Source of the DNA: Akkermansiaceae bacterium
GTDB taxonomy: Bacteria > Verrucomicrobiota > Verrucomicrobiia > Verrucomicrobiales > Akkermansiaceae
Length of the DNA stretch: 64,000 nt
Direction: 5' to 3'
Assembly (NCBI GenBank): GCA_903827375.1
Contig: CAIKHZ010000040.1
Coordinates: 470-64,469, forward strand
Numbering within the stretch: position 1 is the first letter of the stretch; each line of letters starts with the position of its first letter. The translations under genes were made by a program, and so were the position numbers. Below the pieces are notes generated by a model, which searched no databases, had not been told where the DNA came from, and saw only the letters and a program-made list of their open reading frames with translations. Shown piece after piece: positions 44,288 through 51,581 of this stretch.

Positions 44288-44608
44288 TTACTTGGCGAAC
44301 TCAAGGAATTCAACCGGTGCGCCATCATCGAGGATGAATGCGCAGCGGATGCCTGGTAGCGGCTCGAAGGGTGCCCAGATGACCTCGTGGCCGGCGATGG
44401 CCTCTTCGAGGTTGTCCACGCTGTAGGCAACGTGGGCGGTGGTCTTGAGCAACTCTGGGAACGGGCAACCGGGCTCGGCACGCGTCCACTCGATGCGATG
44501 CGGGCTTTGGGTCGCATCTGTGATGTAAAGTTGGATGCTTTCCAAATAGATCTCGTTAGGCCGGGGCTCGGTCGTGGGGATGCCGATGTGATGGAATTCC
44601 TTTTTCAT
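44288..44608 (-). CDS. Small VOC/glyoxalase-like protein
   Basis: FHHIGIP, HVAYSVDNLEEAI and G.PVEFLE pattern of the VOC fold. Confidence 0.6.
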   Translation of the reverse strand: MKKEFHHIGIPTTEPRPNEIYLESIQLYITDATQSPHRIEWTRAEPGCPFPELLKTTAHVAYSVDNLEEAIAGHEVIWAPFEPLPGIRCAFILDDGAPVEFLEFAK

Positions 44609-44631
44609 GCGGGTCGCGGTGGGAGGATCGA

Positions 44632-45333
44632 TTACAGCTTCACATCGGGATTGGTGAAGACCAAGCCGGCACCGTCATGGAAGCTGGCGTATTCGGCGAC
44701 GATGGCACCGGAAGGGCCACCCATCATGAAGTGTTTGGCGGTGAGGCGATTGAGCGCGAGGATGTCGCCGGCTTTCACCTCGGTGCATTTTTTCACGGTG
44801 ATGAACTTCTCCTGGCTCTTGGGCAGGACCACGCCAGCAGGGATATCACCGCCGGTCTCGCCGAAGCAATAAATGCTGCCGTTGCGCGGATGCCAGCTTT
44901 CCATTTTGGCTTTGCCCTTGTCCGTCTCGGTGTGGCCGTGCTCGACGATCATCTGGCCCGGCAGGAGGAATATCTCGTGGGCGAAGTAATTGGCTTCCTG
45001 GGAATTGACCCAGAACACGCCCCCCATGCCGACGTTGACAAAATCGCCGAGACCGAAATCCGTGTACCAAAATGGGGAGGCCCATTTTTTCTCATTTTCG
45101 AGGTGAATGTCGTAGCCGTGGGCTGCCATCATATCGAGGTAGGCCTTTTTGGCGACTTCCGGTTGAAACTTGCCGTCCACGTAGAAGTCGGCGTTTTTAT
45201 ATTTCGGGAGGGTGACTTTCTTGGGATTCATGGTGGTGGGGATATCCTTAGCTAAGCTCAGGGCACTGCCCAGAGCGGCGGTGCCTGCGGCGGCGGCTAG
45301 CAGTTGCAGGTGGTTGCGACGGGTCATATTCAT
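44632..45333 (-). CDS. D-lyxose/D-mannose isomerase-family cupin with Tat signal
   Basis: MTRRNHLQLLAAAAG..ALSLA Tat-like leader; TDFGLGDF, HEIFLLPGQMIVEHGH..KMESW and HFM cupin ligands. Confidence 0.7.
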   Translation of the reverse strand: MNMTRRNHLQLLAAAAGTAALGSALSLAKDIPTTMNPKKVTLPKYKNADFYVDGKFQPEVAKKAYLDMMAAHGYDIHLENEKKWASPFWYTDFGLGDFVNVGMGGVFWVNSQEANYFAHEIFLLPGQMIVEHGHTETDKGKAKMESWHPRNGSIYCFGETGGDIPAGVVLPKSQEKFITVKKCTEVKAGDILALNRLTAKHFMMGGPSGAIVAEYASFHDGAGLVFTNPDVKL

Positions 45334-45494
45334 GTTGATTTGTTGGTTTGTGGTCATGTGTGACGGGGCTAGCGCTCACACCAGCCCCTCAGATAGCCAA
45401 ACCACACGGCCACCTTTCGGGGCCAGATTAATCAGACCGAAGCCCAACGCAATATAAAAAATTTGCATTTTGGCCGATGCGTGCCAGCAGCGGC

Positions 45495-46373
45495 CTAATG
45501 TTGGTGTTTGAGGGTGTTGTAGAGGTCGAATGCGTCCTTGGGAGTGACCTTGTCGTGGACGACGGCGCGCACGGCCTGGATCATGGCGATCGGGTGTTCG
45601 GACTGGAACACGTTGCGGCCCATATCGACCCCCGCAGCTCCCTGTTGGATCGCCTGATAGGCAAACTCGAGGGCTTCGTCTTCGGGCAATTTTTTTCCGC
45701 CGGCGATGACGATTGGCACCGGGCAGGCGGCCACCACTTGCTCGAAGCCAGTTTCGCAATAGTAGGTTTTCACGAAGGTTGCGCCGTTTTCCGCGCAGAT
45801 GCGGCTGGCCAGCCCGAGGTAGCGGGAATCGCGGACGAGTTCCTTGCCAACAGCGGTTACACCGAGAGTGGGGATGCTGTATTTTGCGCCCATATCGGCG
45901 GTGCGGATCAAATTTTTGATTGTGACTGCCTCGTACTTGCTGCCGATGGCAACCATGATGGCCAGCGCCGAAGCGTTGACGCGGATGGCGTCCTCAATAT
46001 CTAGCAGGCACTCGTCATTAAGATCCGTGAGCACGGTGGTGCCTGCGGAATATCGGAGCGAGACCGGCTTGTTGGATGTGGGCGGCACAATCGAACGCAG
46101 TGCACCGCGAGTGCACATGATGCAATCGGCGTACTCGATGAGCGGTGTGATGGTCAGATCCATGCGTTCCAGTCCGGACGTTGGGCCCATGATATAGCCG
46201 TGGTCGAAGGCGAGCATCACGGTGTTGCCGGATGTCGGGTTGAAGATACGGCTCAAACGATCCTTGATGCCCCAGTCGGCATGCTCCAGGCCTTTGAGGA
46301 AAAACGGATGTTGTTTGACGGGGATGCCGATGCCGTAATCGTTGGCATCCTTGGTGTTGTCTAGTTCAGCCAT
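45495..46373 (-). CDS. lsrF: LsrF-like class I aldolase/thiolase
   Basis: DWGIKDRLSRIFNPTSGNTVMLAFDHGYIMGPTSGLER, CTRGALRS, VKTYY, IAGGKK and GVDMGRNVFQ; closely resembles enterobacterial LsrF as I recall it. Confidence 0.88.
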   Translation of the reverse strand: MAELDNTKDANDYGIGIPVKQHPFFLKGLEHADWGIKDRLSRIFNPTSGNTVMLAFDHGYIMGPTSGLERMDLTITPLIEYADCIMCTRGALRSIVPPTSNKPVSLRYSAGTTVLTDLNDECLLDIEDAIRVNASALAIMVAIGSKYEAVTIKNLIRTADMGAKYSIPTLGVTAVGKELVRDSRYLGLASRICAENGATFVKTYYCETGFEQVVAACPVPIVIAGGKKLPEDEALEFAYQAIQQGAAGVDMGRNVFQSEHPIAMIQAVRAVVHDKVTPKDAFDLYNTLKHQH

Positions 46374-46403
46374 GGTGTTGGTGTGTTAGTTTAGGTGAGT
46401 GGT

Positions 46404-47033
46404 TCACAGCGCCTCGCTAAAACCCTTGAATATAAGGGAAACGGACACGGCACCGGGATCGACGTGGCCGATGACCCGTTCGCCGAGGTTGCGGGCACGG
46501 CCGAATTTGGCGCGAAATTGCTTGGTGGCCTCGGCCCCCTCAGCGGCGGCCGCGGCGGCTTGTTGGAGAGCCAGGCGGATGTCGCCAGAGGGCGCAGCGG
46601 CTAACAACGCATCGAGCGCAGGCAGGAATGCGTCCATCATGGTTTTGTCACCCACCACCGCGCGGCTCTGCTTGGCGAGTTTGAGAATACCGCCGTTGAT
46701 CATCTGCACCAGCGCTGTGCAGTCGAGCTCGGCGCTGTCTCCGGCGGCGCTGCTCATGCCCATGAACCACGAGCCAAGCAGGGGTCCGGTCGATCCTCCA
46801 TCGCAGTCCATTACATCCCAGGCGATTTTGGCGAGCAGCGGTTTGAGCTCGTTACTGGGAGCATCGGCAATGGCCTTGGAGACGGCTTCCATGCAGCGGA
46901 GGATGGTACTGCCGTGGTCGCCATCGCCCACTGCGGCGTCGAGGCGGGAGAGTTGTTCGTGGTTGGCGCGGATTTGTTCGACGGCGGCCAACAGCATCTG
47001 GCAGACTTGGTGATAGGAGATGGTTTCAGACAT
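46404..47033 (-). CDS. dhaL: Dihydroxyacetone-kinase-family L subunit
   Basis: LDAAVGDGDHG, GGSTGPL, GDKTMMDA, GRARNLGER and DPGA. Confidence 0.9.
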   Translation of the reverse strand: MSETISYHQVCQMLLAAVEQIRANHEQLSRLDAAVGDGDHGSTILRCMEAVSKAIADAPSNELKPLLAKIAWDVMDCDGGSTGPLLGSWFMGMSSAAGDSAELDCTALVQMINGGILKLAKQSRAVVGDKTMMDAFLPALDALLAAAPSGDIRLALQQAAAAAAEGAEATKQFRAKFGRARNLGERVIGHVDPGAVSVSLIFKGFSEAL

Positions 47034-47262
47034 GGCGGGATCAATCAGCTAGGTTAACAACGCAAATGGCCCAACAGATGGGTCGCGCTTGACCTAGAGT
47101 ATCTGCCCCAACCAATGCAATAGAAAAAATCGGTTTTTTATCAGTTGATGAAACCCGGCGGCAGTGGCGTGGGGGTGGGGGTGGGTGCTAACAGGCAGGA
47201 AGATTCACCGCGCTGCGAAGATTCGTGGCAAAGATACCCGTGGGTTTACAGCCAGAAGAATC

Positions 47263-47300
47263 ATAAAAAAGCCGTCTCCCGATCGAACGGGAGACGGCTT
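47263..47300 (-). terminator. Intrinsic terminator of the H1-like gene
   Basis: On the minus strand AAGCCGTCTCCCG-TTCGAT-CGGGAGACGGC followed by TTTTTT. Confidence 0.8.
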
Positions 47301-47332
47301 GTATGATCGAATTGGTTTGGTTTTTGGTATGA

Positions 47333-48028
47333 CTAGATCTTACCAATTGTCAGCTTCAACTTGGCGATTTGCTTCTCCAACTTGGCAACCTGATTGGTGA
47401 TGGCGATGACGCCCTTGGCGCTCAGACCACCGGTGGCGGGTGCCTTCACCTTGGCCGCTTTCGCTGGCGCTGCGGCTTTTGGTGCCTTGGCGGCTTTAGG
47501 AGCCTTGGGAGCTTTAGCGGCTTTGGGACCCTTGGTAGCCACGCCAGCTTTTTTGACCCAGCCACTGATGGTCAGCGGAGAAACCTTATACTTGGCGACG
47601 GCGGCACTCAAGCCACCACGGCCCCTGGCAGTGTTAACTTCCAGCACATACGCAACGACTTCCTGCTTCTGCGCATCGGTGTAGCGCTTGCCTTGGGGAG
47701 CGTCTTGCTTGACTGCTGCCTTGGCTGCTGCCTTGGCTGCCTTGGCTGCCTTGGCGACCTTGGAAACTTTCACGATCTTCACGATCTTGGGTGCCTTGGC
47801 AGGAGCAGGAGCGGCGGCCTTAGCGGCTTTGGCTGCCTTGGGTTCCGCACCGGCCTTGAGCCAACCTGCGACCGTAAGCACCGAGATGCCATATTTTCTT
47901 GCGGCTTCGGCTTGACCGCCGCGGCCTTTGTCAGCATTCCACTTGTTAGCGAAATTGATGACTTCTTGTTTCTGGGCGTCAGTATATCGTATGCCCTTGG
48001 TAGTAGTTTTCTTTGGAATTGCACTCAT
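47333..48028 (-). CDS. Lys/Ala-rich histone-H1-like protein with two HTH repeats and a C-terminal coiled coil
   Basis: Two copies of RYTDAQKQEV..RGG..AA..KY..S.LT..GW.K separated and followed by (P)KAAKA repeats; ends QVAKLEKQIAKLKL. Confidence 0.75.
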   Translation of the reverse strand: MSAIPKKTTTKGIRYTDAQKQEVINFANKWNADKGRGGQAEAARKYGISVLTVAGWLKAGAEPKAAKAAKAAAPAPAKAPKIVKIVKVSKVAKAAKAAKAAAKAAVKQDAPQGKRYTDAQKQEVVAYVLEVNTARGRGGLSAAVAKYKVSPLTISGWVKKAGVATKGPKAAKAPKAPKAAKAPKAAAPAKAAKVKAPATGGLSAKGVIAITNQVAKLEKQIAKLKLTIGKI

Positions 48029-48124
48029 GTCGCGGGGAACATATCAGGGCAATTAAGTTTCACAAGAGAAAAGTTACACTTTTTCAAAGTAAATGATAAC
48101 GAGATAAATTCACGAGATAACATG

Positions 48125-49249
48125 CTAATAGCCATTGAGCATGGCAAGCAGAGTTTGTGAATCAGTCATGTTATCGATCCAATGCTTAGCCCCCTGTTTG
48201 ACGTTGGGACGAGTGATAACGCCGCCGAAGCCGATGAACACATCGACGTCGGGCTGGGTTTCCAAATCAGACATACCATCACCGATCATGGCCACGCGCT
48301 GGGGGAAGATGGCTTGGCACCACTCTCGGATGATGAGGTTTTTACCGCCATTGCGGGTGGTAGGATAGCTTTGTGCATAGCCGGCATAGTTGCCAGACGC
48401 ATCGAATTCGAGTGGCACAGCTTCCACATGATCGATGCCAAGATATCGGGCCAATGGAGCGATGAGAGGAGCGAAGCCGCCGGAGAGAATCACAGGCAGC
48501 CAGTCATTCGCCTTGAGTTGCTGGATCAACTCGGGAGCTCCGGGTGTGAGTGTTGCCACATAGTGCGCAGCCACCAGTTCGCACGCAGCCCGGTCCGGAC
48601 GGATGATATCCATGCGGCGGGCAAACACCTCATCGAGGGGCACTTCGCCATTCATGGCGGCATGTGTGAGGGCCACAACTTCGGCATAGACATCGGCACC
48701 CCGCACTCGCGCCAATTCATCAATCCCCTCAATCGCGGAGAGGGTTGAATCGCAATCCAGGAAGATGAGTTTACCTCGGCGTTGGAGCGGTGGATGAATA
48801 TAAACCTCCGCGCCCGGAGGCACCAACTCAAACAACTCAAGCATATCCTCATTACGCAATCGGATGCAACCATGGCTCGCCGGGTGCCCGATGAGATCCT
48901 CGCGATTGGTGCCATGAATATAGATGCAGCGCTGGAGAGTGTTGGCATTTTCCGGGTCCATGCCATCCAAGCGCAGGATCCGGGTGAGTACCAAATCATC
49001 AGTTACCACATCGCAGGGTTGCCAGATGCCGCAGGCCACTCTTGAGCGAAATACCGTGCCCGTGGCTGCACCCGCGCCAAGTTTTTCCAGCACCCGGAAG
49101 CGCCCCAGCGGCGTCCGAAAGGAACCCACAGCAAAGCCCACGCCCTTGGCAGCGGTGGAGACCGGATAGCTGCGCAAGTGCTGCTTCGCCTCGAACACAT
49201 CCAGGCGTTGGTCATCGATGGAAACTTCAAGTGAGATCGACGGATTCAT
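48125..49249 (-). CDS. Fusion of a YkuD L,D-transpeptidase domain and a SerB-like HAD-IB phosphatase
   Basis: N-terminal half: YPVSTA, TPLGRF and IYIHGT..SHGCIRL. C-terminal half: FLDCDSTL..EGIDELA, ILSGG, GGK and IGDGMSDL. One uninterrupted frame. Confidence 0.8.
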   Translation of the reverse strand: MNPSISLEVSIDDQRLDVFEAKQHLRSYPVSTAAKGVGFAVGSFRTPLGRFRVLEKLGAGAATGTVFRSRVACGIWQPCDVVTDDLVLTRILRLDGMDPENANTLQRCIYIHGTNREDLIGHPASHGCIRLRNEDMLELFELVPPGAEVYIHPPLQRRGKLIFLDCDSTLSAIEGIDELARVRGADVYAEVVALTHAAMNGEVPLDEVFARRMDIIRPDRAACELVAAHYVATLTPGAPELIQQLKANDWLPVILSGGFAPLIAPLARYLGIDHVEAVPLEFDASGNYAGYAQSYPTTRNGGKNLIIREWCQAIFPQRVAMIGDGMSDLETQPDVDVFIGFGGVITRPNVKQGAKHWIDNMTDSQTLLAMLNGY

Positions 49250-50424
49250 GAGGGTTGGATTGCGATCAAGGCGTTGTGGCCGCCCATGCCGTGTGCAAGT
49301 TTATATACGGGTCCGGTGGCATCAAGGATGGTTTCAGGCAACACATAGCCGAGCGGCGCGTGCAACCCGGCGCGGTTGCATGGCAATTTGCCGTCACGCA
49401 GGAAACATGCAAGAATCACACTTTCTAACAATCCGCTAGCTCCGATGGTGTGGCCAACGAAGGGCTTGAGCAAATGCAAGGTGGGACGCAAGTCGGGGAA
49501 CGCCCGGTCAAATGCCGCTGGATCGGCAGTGGCTTGCACAGCGGTGCCCGTCGCATGCGGACAGAGCGCCGCAGGCGCTTGGGTCAGGAGCTGGGCTTGG
49601 TGCAACAACTCTGGCGTGCGCCCGCCATCGGCGGGAATGCCAACTGGGTCACAAGCGTCCGCATTGCAGGCATAATGCAACAATTGCAGGTGCGTCCCTG
49701 CAATGGAGGGCTCCAGCGTCATCGCAGCGGCACCTTCACCGGGCACGAAACCGGCGCTCAAGGGATGATAGGGATTGCAATCCATGCTGGCGGCTAGCAA
49801 CCCAGACATGGCATAGTTATCCAACAGCAAGGGCACCAGCGGCAAATCCACGGCGACTGCCAGTGCCCGCGGAGCCATGCCGCCGCGCACCATCAGCAGC
49901 GCCATACCCAGGGCGTCTAGGCCGGCCGAGCAACCACTGGCCAGCACTTGGTTGGGCCCGCCCATGCCGAACTCGATACTGATGGCAGCGGCTGGTTCGC
50001 TATGAATGGTGTTGCTTGCCGCCATCAGGCGGAACGGCCGCCGGCCTGGCCACGGGCCTAACCAACCGGCTGCATTGCCGCGGCTGGTTCCTACGACCAG
50101 CGCGGCATCCTTTAACTCCGCCGGGCCCCAACCGGCATCAGTGATGGCCTGCCTAGCCACATGCAATGCCGCCATCGTCACCGGACTCCATTTGCGATGG
50201 TTCAGCAAGCCCCGCGCTGCAATCCATGCCGCGGGCCGAGCGGCATGCGGGCTATCAGGTCCGAGCAATTTGCCCAGCGGAAGAAATGGCACATATCGAT
50301 CGGCCACCGCGCGATGGTGTTGCGCCACGGATTCGCCGAGGGCGGAGAGCGCGCCTAGACCGGTGATGAAAAGTGTTTGGTCGATGCGCACGAAGTAGCA
50401 AGCCACACCATTCCCGCAACCCAA
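49246..50424 (-). CDS. Beta-ketoacyl-ACP synthase-like (FabF/FabB family), divergent
   Basis: FITGLGALSALG, SGCSAGLDALG (Cys), FVPGEGAA, PHATGT (His) and KPFVGHTIGASG (His). The start may be GTG 50391. Confidence 0.8.
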   Translation of the reverse strand: MGCGNGVACYFVRIDQTLFITGLGALSALGESVAQHHRAVADRYVPFLPLGKLLGPDSPHAARPAAWIAARGLLNHRKWSPVTMAALHVARQAITDAGWGPAELKDAALVVGTSRGNAAGWLGPWPGRRPFRLMAASNTIHSEPAAAISIEFGMGGPNQVLASGCSAGLDALGMALLMVRGGMAPRALAVAVDLPLVPLLLDNYAMSGLLAASMDCNPYHPLSAGFVPGEGAAAMTLEPSIAGTHLQLLHYACNADACDPVGIPADGGRTPELLHQAQLLTQAPAALCPHATGTAVQATADPAAFDRAFPDLRPTLHLLKPFVGHTIGASGLLESVILACFLRDGKLPCNRAGLHAPLGYVLPETILDATGPVYKLAHGMGGHNALIAIQPS

Positions 50425-50474
50425 ATCCGTCCTGACTCAAAAAAATCCAATGCGATTGACGCCACTCGATTGGG

Positions 50475-51434
50475 TCACTTTGAGCGCGACAAGGAGGCGC
50501 GATGGCGCGGGGGCAGAGCCATGAAACTGATCGCCTGGCAGATTTGAAGCATCACTGGGAACCATAGGATTATGGCCACCGGGGGCAGCAAGATTGAGCA
50601 ACAACAGAAGGCTAGGAACAATCCCTCGTTGAGCTTGGGGGCGCGGTTCAGATCTGGATAGCGGGCGGTGATGCGGTTCCAATCCTGTGCCAAGCCATAG
50701 AATGCCACGAAGGTCCAATACAAATTAAAGAAGGGCACGAGCAGCAGCCCGACGGCATTGCCCGGAGTGGTGCGCGGCCGGGCATACTGCAAGGTCAGCC
50801 AGATGCGGTGCAGATACATGGCATTGACGGCGATCCAGCCGATCAGGCAGCCGGCCGCCGCTGCCCACATCAACTTCAGCCAGAGCGTCTGGGTGGCTTG
50901 CGCAGCCACATCGGATTGATCGATGGTCCGCTGTGCCCAGATGGCAATAGCCACCAACGTCACCACGCTACCTAACAACGCCAGCAACAACTCGAAACTC
51001 GCCGGCTTGATGCGCATTGTCGGATACGGGCCGCTTGGCATCGCACGGGAAGATTGTTTGGCCGCCTGCCCGCCGCGTTGCGTCGATGCCTTGCCGGCTG
51101 GGGCAGCAGCCCGTTGGGTGGCGGCTTTGCCTGGCGAGGTGGCGGCTTTGCCTGGCGAGGTGGCTCGTTGAGGAGTCGGGGCGGTGAGGGTGCCAGCCGC
51201 CACTGGGCGTGGAATAGCGGGTGCCTGGGGAACGGCTATGGCTAGAGGTATGGCTGCGGCCACCTGAGGGAACAATCCCTCGAGAGTTGAGGCGGCCACC
51301 CAGCCTTGCATACCCTCGGTCCACAGCAGTGAATCACGCACAATGCGTCCTTCCCGCACGAACTGAAGCAAATCATCTTCGCTGTAGGGTCCATACTGCT
51401 GCCCGTTGTTTAATAAGTGCCATTGGTCGCTCAT
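50475..51434 (-). CDS. GYF_2 (DUF4339) domain membrane protein
   Basis: From ATG 51434: WHLLNNGQQYGPYS..L..G.I..DSLLWTEGMQGW; Pro/Ala linker; C-terminal TMs with LLLVPFFNLYW. Confidence 0.75.
   Translation of the reverse strand: MSDQWHLLNNGQQYGPYSEDDLLQFVREGRIVRDSLLWTEGMQGWVAASTLEGLFPQVAAAIPLAIAVPQAPAIPRPVAAGTLTAPTPQRATSPGKAATSPGKAATQRAAAPAGKASTQRGGQAAKQSSRAMPSGPYPTMRIKPASFELLLALLGSVVTLVAIAIWAQRTIDQSDVAAQATQTLWLKLMWAAAAGCLIGWIAVNAMYLHRIWLTLQYARPRTTPGNAVGLLLVPFFNLYWTFVAFYGLAQDWNRITARYPDLNRAPKLNEGLFLAFCCCSILLPPVAIILWFPVMLQICQAISFMALPPRHRASLSRSK
51117..51164. repeat. 21-nt tandem repeat (about 2.3 copies) encoding TSPGKAA
   Basis: GGTGGCGGCTTTGCCTGGCGA x2 + GGTGGC, within the GYF protein linker. 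Confidence 0.9.
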
Positions 51435-51581
51435 GCCGCGCAAGCAAGCAAATCCCGACTTGCAACCACAAGCACAAAATTTCCGGTTGGCGGAAAATTT
51501 GTGTGGTTTGCTGGTGGGCGAGCTGGAGAGGACGTGAGTCTTGGCTTGGCGGAAATGGAAAACTGGGTGATGGTCGCGGCG

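Noticed and set aside
36142-44359. Long antisense ORFs (36142..37416, 41059..42510, 42914..44359)
   Set aside because: They are mirror frames of real genes, expected from GC-rich codon bias, and have no motifs.
47166-47187. G-rich tract GGCGTGGGGGTGGGGGTGGG upstream of dhaL (possible G-quadruplex)
   Set aside because: Only three runs of three or more G; there is no other support.
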